A stretch of DNA of 54,891 nucleotides from a virus. Lineage: Duplodnaviria > Caudoviricetes. Positions 39,567 through 48,015 of the stretch are shown here, one piece after another. Position numbers and translations under genes: made by a program. The notes below the pieces were generated by a model. The model was not told the origin of the DNA and searched no databases. It saw only the letters and a program-made list of their open reading frames with translations. Location: IMG/VR virus record IMGVR_UViG_3300032173_000007, positions 1 through 54,891 of that record. One strand, 5' to 3'. Each line of letters starts with the position of its first letter. Position 1 is the stretch's first letter.

Positions 39567-40164
39567 CCGACTCTCCTTTCAGAACATTTTCCGGTATGAC
39601 ATTGACAACTCTGCTCTCCGGTGTATCCTTGCAGACTTTGCATCCTCTTAGATTGGTGAAGCGAATACTATCTCTTATCACTGAATTGGGAGCATCGCAA
39701 TCGAAATTAACCACTCTGTTTTCTGCCACCGCCTGATTAATAGCATTTTCAAGGCTGATGATGGTTTGTATCCGTTTCTTCAAGTTTTCTCCTCCTTTCT
39801 CTAATGAGCTAAGAATATCAAGAGAAGTTTGTAGCCGGGCAAGATTAGTTTTAATTTCCCTCATATTGGCGAGAATATCTGATTGAAGTTTCTCGATCTC
39901 CTGTCTCGCTTGCCGGTCTTTCATCTTCTGTCTCCTCATCGTCAAAATACATATCAATCCCGCATTCGCATCGATAGAGCCTCCCGTATTTAGAATGTTT
40001 AATGAATCTTTTATCGGTGGGTTGCATCAGGCGCCCGCACCAGCACCGAGGAAGAGACGTCATTTTTCCCCTCCCAGAATTTGCACCCTTTGTCCACTAT
40101 GGTGGGAGGAATTTGCTTTCCTTTCTCACCAAACCAGGTGCAGAAGCCGAGGAAGGTGTCAGAA

Positions 40165-40509
40165 CTATTGATGTTCTGGAATCGGCAGGTCCAGCAATTC
40201 ATCGTCAAAGTGTAGATGGTTATCCCGTAGAACCTGAAAGAGTCCCTCCGCCAACTGGTCTATTGCGGTATCGGCTAAACTGGTTTCAAGGTAGCGATAA
40301 GTAATGTGGTGGAGAATCTCATGAAGAAAAGTTGTTGCCAGGTCAGATTCCGTTCTGAATCTCTTGTCTGTGGTAAGGCGGCTGAGTTCGATAATCCCGG
40401 CACCGCCAATAGAGAGCCCGGCAACGAAGTCATTATTCAGAATACAGGTATCGATAACTCGAATGTCTATCCAATGTCCGGCAATTTTGATTCTATCGGG
40501 AATCCTCAT
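40165..40509 (-). CDS. HExxH zincin-like metallopeptidase
   Basis: 'IPDRIKIAG...TFLHEILH...QVLRDN'. Confidence 0.75.
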   Translation of the reverse strand: MRIPDRIKIAGHWIDIRVIDTCILNNDFVAGLSIGGAGIIELSRLTTDKRFRTESDLATTFLHEILHHITYRYLETSLADTAIDQLAEGLFQVLRDNHLHFDDELLDLPIPEHQ

Positions 40510-40887
40510 AGGTCTCCTTCCATTACCAAAAGGTCAGGCCATCGGGCCAGAATGGACTCTGCTTCCTGGGGAGTAGTAGCTTGCTCAAGCAAGTCTTCAA
40601 GTTCGTCCATCAGTTTCTCCTCTTCAGGAGAAGGTTGACGGAAGATGACAGCTTTTGGGGCTTTGATATTCCCACCAGCGGGCGACCAAACAACGTCATC
40701 GATGGACATTATTTCCACGGCGACCTCCCATAGAACATTTTACGTGAAAAGGCATCAAAAATGCGCTCAAAAAGTGATGCCTGAGTGGGATTCATTGTTG
40801 CCGGGTCCTGCCCTGATTCATCCGGGTGAATCTTTTTAACGGCTCTTACCATATCTTCATAGAACAATTTACCTGCTTCGGCAGGCG

Positions 40888-41172
40888 TCAAAAAGCGGTT
40901 TGGCATAAGATAAACCTCCTCAACCAATGTAAACCTTGGTATTCTAATTGGTAAATTCGCACTGGAGTAACCTCATTACTATCGGCTAATTGGCGCACGC
41001 TCATGCCATAAGCTCTGGACATTAGAATTCCATAAAGTCTTGGTTGTTCTTCTTCTAATCGCAACAAAGCTGGAGGAAGGTTAAGTTTATCGTAGTGAAA
41101 ATCGATTCTTGAGTGTTTTTTAGTAATAACCCAATCAACCATTTTTTCTATGTCTTCGTCTTGTAGGCTCAT
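40888..41172 (-). CDS. Sigma-70 region 4-like HTH protein
   Basis: 'RAYGMSVRQLADSNEVTPVRIYQLEYQGL..LR' resembles sigma r4; GGAGG SD. Confidence 0.65.
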   Translation of the reverse strand: MSLQDEDIEKMVDWVITKKHSRIDFHYDKLNLPPALLRLEEEQPRLYGILMSRAYGMSVRQLADSNEVTPVRIYQLEYQGLHWLRRFILCQTAF

Positions 41173-41832
41173 GAGTTACCCTCCATTTTGTTGAAAATTT
41201 GTAAGTGAGGTCATTGGGAATCTAAAAATAATAATTCGAGCGGGGGGGGATATGAAAATTTTTCCAAGGGCTTCGCCTGGCCCCCATACCCCCGGGGGCC
41301 CCTCGCACGCACGCCCTCGTTCCTTTTCTCCCCGCCCCACCCCCCGCCTTCCGCCCCCGTCGCTTCCCACCTTGACCCCCCGGGCCCCTTGGGCCTTAGC
41401 CATTTGCTTCTATGATCCAGCCTCGGCCTCGGAACTTGACCCCAAGTCCCGATCCGGGGCCAAGTCTTGATCCGGGGCGAAGTCCCGACCTCCCTCACGA
41501 CCTCCGACCTCCCTGCCGACTTCCCGATCCCGCTCTCTCGCACAAAACGGCCCCAAATTGCCACGATCTCTTGGGGGGTAATGGTTATGTATTACCTCCA
41601 ACCAATCCCGCCTAAAAAGGGCCGTTCTGTTCATTTTGCCGATCCACATTATCATGTTCCTGTAATACTTATTATGTAATGGGTTATCATAACCCCTTGA
41701 TTTTACTGCTTCTGCTGTTTCACTCATAATAGCTCCTTGTGGATAACTTGGGGATATCGGTAAGTGGGACGGAATCATTATTACTCACCCCACTATCGCC
41801 TAAACCCTTAATTCTAAAGGCCGGCTTGTCTC

Positions 41833-42390
41833 TTATTGCTCTATCTCTATCTCATCTTCTTCCGCTTCCGTTTCCCGGATCGCACTCACCACCATCGCCA
41901 TGATGCCCACGTTGATGTCTACCTGGGACTGCTCCTTGAGGTGCCCCTTAAGCTTAGCGGCAAGCTCCAAAGTTTTGCGTTGGGTTTCCAATGCGGGGGC
42001 TTGGCGCTCCAGGATGACCGGCTGACCGTCCTGGCTGGTGGAGAAAAAGTGGGTAGCCTGAGCGTCGAGGAGGGCGCGAACCTTGTCGGCTAAAAAATCG
42101 TCCGTGATGCCTTTTTCATGCAAAGTAGTGATAAATGGCTTTATATGCTGAGGATTCCTGAGCAGCGCACAATTCCCACTCCTCGCTACCGTTTCAGCAT
42201 ATCCCGCCTCTCGCAGCGCTTCGCTTTGGCTTTTCCCAGCCAGCAGGGCAGCCGTAAATCTACGAGCCCTTGTTTTTATACCAAATGCATTTTTGGGTAA
42301 GTGGTGAGTCGGCTGATTTCCCCCCGCCTTATTACTCTTCTTGCTCCCGCCCTTCTTACTCATTCCTACCCCTACACTACTAGTATTCAT
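41833..42390 (-). CDS. Terminase small subunit (probable start 42363)
   Basis: 'RF...LLAGKSQSEALREAGYA' HTH, 'TLELAAKLKG'; near the start of the late operon. Confidence 0.7.
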   Translation of the reverse strand: MNTSSVGVGMSKKGGSKKSNKAGGNQPTHHLPKNAFGIKTRARRFTAALLAGKSQSEALREAGYAETVARSGNCALLRNPQHIKPFITTLHEKGITDDFLADKVRALLDAQATHFFSTSQDGQPVILERQAPALETQRKTLELAAKLKGHLKEQSQVDINVGIMAMVVSAIRETEAEEDEIEIEQ

Positions 42391-42400
42391 ACTTTTGCTT

Positions 42401-42429
42401 ACTATAAGCTAGATCTTAGCTAAAAGCAA
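42401..42429 (-). promoter_or_regulatory. Sigma-70-like promoter upstream of the small terminase
   Basis: Minus strand TTGCTT-N17-TATAGT. Confidence 0.4.
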
Positions 42430-42449
42430 GACTCTCCTCCTATCCTTCC

Positions 42450-42668
42450 TTAAGGTTTCCTTTCCCCCCCTCCCTCCTCTCCTTGCTCTTTGTCTTCTAT
42501 GTAGAATATCCAATGATTTTTCTTTTTAACTTCCACCAAGATCACCTTATTTCCTTTTTTGCAAACAAAGGACGGCCAGTTCTGTTTATCGATGATCCAA
42601 TCGTGTGCCTCGGCCGCTTGGCAAAAAGTTTCCTCTGCTTTGAATTTTTCACATTTTTTCGGATCCAT
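42450..42668 (-). CDS. Small degenerate PD-(D/E)XK-like protein
   Basis: 'WPSFVC...ILVEVK'; Ser where the PD Asp is expected. Confidence 0.45.
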   Translation of the reverse strand: MDPKKCEKFKAEETFCQAAEAHDWIIDKQNWPSFVCKKGNKVILVEVKKKNHWIFYIEDKEQGEEGGGERKP

Positions 42669-42754
42669 CGCCTTCTCTTCTAATCTAGGTCTTCTATCTT
42701 GTCAAGCATTTTTTCTTATCCAACATCTTACTACCCCTCATAGTAAATGAGGAA

Positions 42755-42789
42755 AATCAAGGACTTAGCAGCCTGGCATAGGCCTTGCA
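42755..42789 (+). promoter_or_regulatory. IHF site plus sigma-54 promoter 1
   Basis: AATCAAGGACTTA (WATCAANNNNTTR) at 42755-42767; TGGCAT-AGGCC-TTGCA at 42774-42789. Confidence 0.65.
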
Positions 42790-43003
42790 TGTTATATCAA
42801 GCTGTGATAAAGATCAAGCAAGGTCAGATAGCTCATTTTCCACCACTTTTTGACAAATTGGCAGATGCCCATAGAAAGGCCTCCATCAAGGCTTTTGAAG
42901 CTTTTCATCTTGCGGGGCCCTGTTTTTTACCTTCTAACCTCTCGATTTCAAAGGGATTTGACATCTTGTCAAAAAAGTGGTGATTTTCAACAGTTTTTCT
43001 GCA

Positions 43004-43020
43004 CGCAAGACTTATGCCAA
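43004..43020 (-). promoter_or_regulatory. Sigma-54 promoter 2, pointing toward the late operon
   Basis: Minus strand TTGGCAT-AAGTC-TTGCG. Confidence 0.6.
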
Positions 43021-43028
43021 CCCTTAAA

Positions 43029-43073
43029 AATCAAGTATTTACGATTTTGGACACAATTGGCACGGGGATTGCA
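43029..43073 (+). promoter_or_regulatory. IHF site plus sigma-54 promoter 3, driving the early gene array
   Basis: AATCAAGTATTTA at 43029-43041; TTGGCAC-GGGGA-TTGCA at 43057-43073. Confidence 0.75.
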
Positions 43074-43229
43074 TATAATAGAAGGCAGGCAGTTAACCAA
43101 AAAAGGAGAGCGAAAATGAGAAACGGTTTAGGAACTGAATGGGTAACCCCCGGGCTTGAGCCGCATGCGTTGTATTCATTAACTAAATTCAAGATAACCG
43201 GGGGCCGAAGGGCCCCCAAGGAGGGAAAG

Positions 43230-43430
43230 ATGGAAAGAAAGTTAATGGTCAAGCAGTTGGTGGGCAAAATTCAAATCAAATACGGGCTTGCTCATCTTTA
43301 CGAGAGTGGTGAGCCGGGTTGGGTTGTAATTCGGCCCCTCTTGCCTTCCGGCTGCGAGGGGGGCTTAGAATTTGCATATAAACGAACAGATTTTAAGCCC
43401 GGAGCTTTGCGCAAGGCTTTACGAGTATGA
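43230..43430 (+). CDS. Early array gene 1 (in-frame upstream start possible at 43116)
   Basis: Hairpin-AAGGAGG then MERKLMVKQ. Confidence 0.65.
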   Translation: MERKLMVKQLVGKIQIKYGLAHLYESGEPGWVVIRPLLPSGCEGGLEFAYKRTDFKPGALRKALRV

Positions 43431-43471
43431 ATTAACCTTAACTCGGGGCCGCAAGGCCCCAAGGAGGGATC

Positions 43472-43834
43472 ATGAGCAACTATAGAGAAAAAGAGTTTTG
43501 TTCTGATTCTGGTCTAACATTTCCCGAAGCTTACCAACTACACAAGAAGTTGTGGAGTTGGCTGGCAGAAAATCCCGGTTGCTGTAAACGAGATTGGCCG
43601 GGATGGGCAGAAAACGGCGGTGATGCGCCACCCGTCTTGAATCATTGTTTTGCTTGCGAGATCGCTCAAGCTGCTAAACGGGGAGATTGTACTTTGTGTC
43701 CGATCGAATGGCCGGGCGGGTATTGTGCAAATGAGCAGAGTCCGTTTTCCAAGTTTTGTAATGCCCCTGATATTCCTAAGCGGGTGGCTGCTGCTCAGGA
43801 AATAGCCACACTTCCTTGGCGAAAACGCAGTTAA
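43472..43834 (+). CDS. Early array gene 2, Cys/Trp-rich protein
   Basis: H..LW.WL.ENP, CFAC, CPIEW, EIATLPW; paralogue of 49706..50107. Confidence 0.8.
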   Translation: MSNYREKEFCSDSGLTFPEAYQLHKKLWSWLAENPGCCKRDWPGWAENGGDAPPVLNHCFACEIAQAAKRGDCTLCPIEWPGGYCANEQSPFSKFCNAPDIPKRVAAAQEIATLPWRKRS

Positions 43835-43871
43835 CTAACCGGGGGCCGAAAGGGCCCCAAGGAGAAAGAAA

Positions 43872-44156
43872 ATGGTATATTACTACATTGGGGATGGGAA
43901 AAAGTTTGACACAAATGCCCATCAAGTCATCTACGCGGATGGGCATTACTCCTCTCGCGGAGTGAGATACTATCTCACCCGCGAAGGAAGGATAGTGTGC
44001 GAACAATGGTCTCGTTGGCAAGGTGAACACGACCATGCCAGGGAGATTACCGTCGAAGAGTTTCTACATGACATGTTCCTTTCTCCGCATCCTGACCGGG
44101 CGGAGAGGGCGATTCGGATCGCGGGCTTGCAGACTCGCGTTCCGGATTTCAAATAG
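43872..44156 (+). CDS. Early array gene 3
   Basis: Hairpin-SD upstream; 'YYLTREG...WSRWQGE'. Confidence 0.75.
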   Translation: MVYYYIGDGKKFDTNAHQVIYADGHYSSRGVRYYLTREGRIVCEQWSRWQGEHDHAREITVEEFLHDMFLSPHPDRAERAIRIAGLQTRVPDFK

Positions 44157-44209
44157 AGAGAGTGACAATTAACTAACCCGGGGGCCGAAAGGCCCCCAAG
44201 GAGGGGAAA

Positions 44210-44416
44210 ATGGACGAGGGGCTTAAAAGCTTCTTAAAAGAATTGGACGAAAGACTCCGCCAAACAGGTGTTTGTCCGAATTGTGGGAAGCCACGCTCTG
44301 GCATCCTACGGCCGAAAGGAAATTATCGGGCCCGAGGATTCCGGGGCAACGCTTACTACGAACCGGAGGGGAGAGAAGAAGCTGGAATGTGCACTTGCAA
44401 AATAAAAGAAAAATAA
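44210..44416 (+). CDS. Early array gene 4, small Zn-binding protein
   Basis: CPNC...CTC; hairpin-SD upstream. Confidence 0.7.
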   Translation: MDEGLKSFLKELDERLRQTGVCPNCGKPRSGILRPKGNYRARGFRGNAYYEPEGREEAGMCTCKIKEK

Positions 44417-44449
44417 TCAAAAGAGGCCGCAAGGCCCAAGGAGGAAGTC

Positions 44450-45034
44450 ATGATTAGAATTATATCTCACGATCTCTCAAACTCTTGTTCGGTTGCCCGG
44501 CACGGCCGGCAAACTTGGCTTGTCGGGCGGGAAGGACAGCAAATCTTCGCTGTCCGCATTCGAGCAAAAAAAATAAAAACATTGGACGAAGCACTTGCCT
44601 GGCTTCGCCCGGAGGATGTGCCACACTATGCCCTCCGGCAAGGGGATTTATATTTCGTCCCCCTGCCGGGTTGGAGTCCGCCACTTTTGACAACCAACCT
44701 CACCCGCCCCGATTTCTCGGACGCGATAGAGTTCAATCAGCCGCCGCCTCGGACCTGGCGACGGACTTGCTGTCAAGAGTTTTCCCGTTTGCCTGCCCAT
44801 TCTCACCGCCTCGAGCAACCGGGGCGGGTAGTATGGGACGAAGGGGAAACTGCCTTCGTCGGGCGAAAAGGCGTAAGGTCACACCCTTGGAGAGGCCGTC
44901 CGCGTTATTTCGTTCGCGGACGCATAACCCACCCCGAGCACGGAATGCTCGACGTGGGTTATATTTGGCACGAAGTTGTGCCAAACAGGGCCGTCGGCCC
45001 GTGGCGGGTCGACCAAAGGTGGCAAGGAGATTGA
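44450..45034 (+). CDS. Early array gene 5, 'RQGD...HxH...HPEH' protein
   Basis: Motif set suggests a metal-binding beta fold; hairpin-SD upstream. Confidence 0.7.
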   Translation: MIRIISHDLSNSCSVARHGRQTWLVGREGQQIFAVRIRAKKIKTLDEALAWLRPEDVPHYALRQGDLYFVPLPGWSPPLLTTNLTRPDFSDAIEFNQPPPRTWRRTCCQEFSRLPAHSHRLEQPGRVVWDEGETAFVGRKGVRSHPWRGRPRYFVRGRITHPEHGMLDVGYIWHEVVPNRAVGPWRVDQRWQGD

Positions 45035-45067
45035 GAGCGGGGCCCGCAAGGGCCCCAAGGAGGGATC

Positions 45068-45517
45068 ATGTATTCTCTACAAACCTATCGTATTCAGTTG
45101 CAAGCAAGAGAAGCAAGAGAAAATTTAGGCACGGCATGTAATCCGAAGAGCGTAGTAGCCATTGCTGAAGCGCTCTTTCAAGATTTAGATGCCGATCGGG
45201 AGCATTTTGTGCTCTTGTGTGCTGATACGAAGAACAGGATTTACGCTTATAAAGTCCTGTTTTCAGGCACTCAAGACAGCACAATGGTGGGAATCAAAGA
45301 AACCCTGCGAGCAGCTCTGCTCCTTGGCGCAGCAGCGATCATCATTGTGCACAACCACCCAAGCGGTGATCCCACTCCCTCCGAGAACGATAAAACAACA
45401 ACCCGGAACGTTGGGCGGGGATGTCGAGAGATTGATCTAAGATTTATAGATAGCATTATCCTTGGCGAAGAAAATTACTTTTCTTTCGCCGAAGGAGGTA
45501 AGTTAAATTCCTTATAG
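45068..45517 (+). CDS. radC: RadC-like JAB-domain protein (early array gene 6)
   Basis: 'DREHF...AAIIIVHNHPSGDPTPSEND...DSIILG'. Confidence 0.92.
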   Translation: MYSLQTYRIQLQAREARENLGTACNPKSVVAIAEALFQDLDADREHFVLLCADTKNRIYAYKVLFSGTQDSTMVGIKETLRAALLLGAAAIIIVHNHPSGDPTPSENDKTTTRNVGRGCREIDLRFIDSIILGEENYFSFAEGGKLNSL

Positions 45518-45533
45518 GGATAATGCTTGAACG

Positions 45534-45564
45534 AAAAGAGGGGCTGAAAAGTCCCTCTTTTTTT
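45534..45564 (+). terminator. Rho-independent terminator, probably bidirectional
   Basis: AAAAGAGGGGCT-GAAA-AGTCCCTCTTTTTTT between convergent units. Confidence 0.8.
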
Positions 45565-45660
45565 ATGCCTTACTCATACCGCTCGATTTATCCGCTTCCC
45601 AGTTTGGAATATCTGGTATGCGGCGGTCTTGGGATATCTGGTATGCGGCGCAATCTGGAA

Positions 45661-46029
45661 TCAGGCCAAATCGTGGCAGGCGCAGTAAGCCGTCTTGTTC
45701 CACTTCCCTAACTTTTTCCCGCACAACTTACACTTACCATTCCGGAGACGATTACCCAACCTTGGCATTGCTAAAGTCTTGTCAACACGCTTCTCTTTGA
45801 TTGGCTTGATAAATATTGCAAGCTTCAGGCCCTCATCCCCTTGGTGGCTGATAACCAAAGGCTCCAATCTTGGGTCTCCAGCAATCCTGTCCTTTTCTAA
45901 CCTAATCCAATCCTTCCCTTTAACCAAGCCTTCTGAAGTTGCAATCCAACCACCCGAGCTAATCCATAGTGTTAGTTGGTGATAACCCTTCGGCACTTTA
46001 GGTTTCGACATCTTTAGCCCCATTTGCAT
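45661..46029 (-). CDS. Hypothetical protein with C-terminal zinc finger
   Basis: CKLC...CACH. Confidence 0.6.
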   Translation of the reverse strand: MQMGLKMSKPKVPKGYHQLTLWISSGGWIATSEGLVKGKDWIRLEKDRIAGDPRLEPLVISHQGDEGLKLAIFIKPIKEKRVDKTLAMPRLGNRLRNGKCKLCGKKLGKWNKTAYCACHDLA

Positions 46030-46243
46030 GCCCTACCTTTTCTCCAATCTGTAGCCTGAAATGTAGCCAACCTAATGAACATTGCTAAGTATTTAATTTT
46101 ACTAAAGAATATTTATATAAAATATAATATAATAGGGGTTATAGTATTTTTCTTGTTTTTTCATCTCTCTTTTATAGAGGTTTTTCATTCCGCTTTGCAA
46201 CGATGGGCATTGGCGGACAAATCGAGCCTGGCTACGGGTTTGG

Positions 46244-47698
46244 CTACATTCGGCTCTTATGTGAAGGGATATACCAGGTGTCTCTCTTCTTATCGTAGCG
46301 GACTTCACCTTCCTTCAAGAGGTTTTCTTTTGCTGCATTGAACAAGAAAATACCATAGCGATCGGCGTGGGCATATTGCCTCAGTTCTCGGGAGTTAAAG
46401 TTGCGCTTCATCAGCATTCGCCTGATTTGATCCTCAATCTTGGCGACAATATTCTCGCAGCCAACCGGATCGTATTCCCCGCGGATCTCTCTTTGCCAAA
46501 GCAGCAGCTTGATGACTCGCTCAGCTATATCTTTACTAATCTCCTCAACCTCTTCATTAGCCGCAAAGATTAGCATCAGCCGGAGGCCATAAGTATCAAG
46601 CCGCTTGGAGTGAATACCACGGGCGTCATCTGACATATACCAGGTCTCATAAAGAGATAAAGCCTCCGAGGTCATGGGGATGGTAGTCTCTTCACGATAA
46701 TGATAGAGACAGGCATTAACCCGGGCGGCAAGGGCTGATTGTCGCTCATAAGGCACTTCCTCCGGGACAGCAAAGCGTCTTATGGCCCGGTCAGCGGTTA
46801 GCCAAAGCCGATTGATAAATCCGATGTCCGTGAATATCGGGGAAAACATTTTAGTAAAAGTATCGACGGTTGAAGCAGCCAGGATGGAAAGTGAGCCCTC
46901 CTCAATGTTAATCGCATGGGTTTTGGTAATTGACTGAAAACGAATGTCTTCAAAGAGCGTATTAACTGCGGGAAGAAGAATAGCGGCTTCAATATTAGAT
47001 TTGGAAACAAAGGTCTTGAACTCATCGAATACTAACAGCACTTTCCGATCTTCTTTGAGCTTTTCGGCCAGTCCTTCAGCGCTGCCTACACCATAACACA
47101 GTCCCAGATCTTCCAACAAGCCAAAACGCCTGAAAAAATGGACTGTTTGTTTTATCGCTTCAGATTTACGGTCATCCGCAGACTCTCCTAAGATGACCGA
47201 ATAAAGCCGAGGTTGGGTAGTAAGCGATGATTTCAATCTCAGCTTATCACACAACAAGGCTCCTAAGATGGTTAAAAATGATATTGCCCAGAAGCTCCAA
47301 GGGGCTTCCAAGCGGGACGCAAATAAATCAGCAAACTGCTCGGCCAGACCTCGAATCAGGAGCTGATCAAGCGGAGGTTTGCTCTCGGCGGTTTTTTCCG
47401 GGGGAATTCGTGCTGCCAATTCCTCAAGGGCGGTGGTGATATCCCCTGGGTCCCCCAATGATGCGATATCCCAGGCGTATGTGCAGGTTATCTTGCCTCC
47501 GCCATTGCCTTCCATGATAGCCTCTGCTATCATTTTTAAATCGACTCTTTGGCCACCCGATAGTTTCCAACATAGTTCATACAAAGCTCGGTGGCGGGGG
47601 TCATTGAAACAGTCGGGCGAGAGGATGGGGCCTATAACACGGATTGACTCATGACTATTGAGAATCTTAGCCAGCACAACTTGTTCCAAGTCGTCCAC
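46244..47698 (-). CDS. Replication protein: DnaB N-terminal-like domain plus DUF3987-like P-loop domain
   Basis: N-term 'EQVVLAKIL...LSPDCFNDPRHRALY'; 'GESADDRKS', 'SAEGL', 'LVFDEF', 'GFINRL'. Confidence 0.7.
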   Translation of the reverse strand: MDDLEQVVLAKILNSHESIRVIGPILSPDCFNDPRHRALYELCWKLSGGQRVDLKMIAEAIMEGNGGGKITCTYAWDIASLGDPGDITTALEELAARIPPEKTAESKPPLDQLLIRGLAEQFADLFASRLEAPWSFWAISFLTILGALLCDKLRLKSSLTTQPRLYSVILGESADDRKSEAIKQTVHFFRRFGLLEDLGLCYGVGSAEGLAEKLKEDRKVLLVFDEFKTFVSKSNIEAAILLPAVNTLFEDIRFQSITKTHAINIEEGSLSILAASTVDTFTKMFSPIFTDIGFINRLWLTADRAIRRFAVPEEVPYERQSALAARVNACLYHYREETTIPMTSEALSLYETWYMSDDARGIHSKRLDTYGLRLMLIFAANEEVEEISKDIAERVIKLLLWQREIRGEYDPVGCENIVAKIEDQIRRMLMKRNFNSRELRQYAHADRYGIFLFNAAKENLLKEGEVRYDKKRDTWYIPSHKSRM

Positions 47699-47701
47699 CT
47701 C

Positions 47702-47842
47702 TCACCCCACTTTCGCTAAAAACTTCTTGAGACGCCGATATTCTATCAGTTCCTGCCGGATGCGGTCTCGATACTTCTTCCGCCACCTTTGGGCGGCCTT
47801 CAGGCGCTCTTCTTCTGTATGATAAAGTCTTTTCCTTCCCAT
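47702..47842 (-). CDS. 46-aa basic helical protein, not in the ORF track
   Basis: AAGGAGG SD then MGRKRLYHTEEERLKAAQRWRKKYRDRIRQELIEYRRLKKFLAKVG. Confidence 0.65.
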   Translation of the reverse strand: MGRKRLYHTEEERLKAAQRWRKKYRDRIRQELIEYRRLKKFLAKVG

Positions 47843-47923
47843 ATACCAACCCTCCTTTCCCCCCTATTATCCATAGTTTTCTGCTGTTGTCAATCTTTTT
47901 TTAGCCTCCTGTGTTTTTTTGTC

Positions 47924-47952
47924 TTGACATGCTGCAAATGCTATGCTATAAA
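47924..47952 (+). promoter_or_regulatory. Strong sigma-70 promoter with extended -10
   Basis: TTGACA-N17-TATAAA preceded by TGn; a divergent TTGACA lies on the minus strand at 47888-47893. Confidence 0.75.
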
Positions 47953-48015
47953 GGAATTGCAGACTAAGGTCAAGTTAATGGGTTATGGGAGTTATTAACA
48001 AAGGAGAAACTTATC

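Larger units (their letters stand above)
43195..45070 (+). repeat. Six dispersed hairpin-SD repeats, consensus (TAAC)..GGGGCC-loop-GGCCCC-AAGGAG
   Basis: Copies near 43200, 43445, 43841, 44180, 44425 and 45039, each directly before an ATG. Confidence 0.9.

Noticed and set aside
42747-43119. ORFs 42747..42983 and 42850..43119
   Set aside because: No clear SD, no recognisable motifs, and they overlap the promoter and IHF elements; probably non-coding
43195-45070. Repeat array as CRISPR or integron attC sites
   Set aside because: The spacers are whole genes of about 200-600 bp, there is no cas gene or integron integrase, and the repeats lack attC RYYYAAC...GTTRRRY ends
45609-45650. 17-bp direct repeat ATATCTGGTATGCGGCG, two copies
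   Set aside because: Only two copies next to a terminator; no supportable function
47667-47849. Listed 60-aa ORF MVYGKEK...
   Set aside because: The alternative frame 47842-47702 has a well-spaced SD, an ATG start and ends just before the next gene
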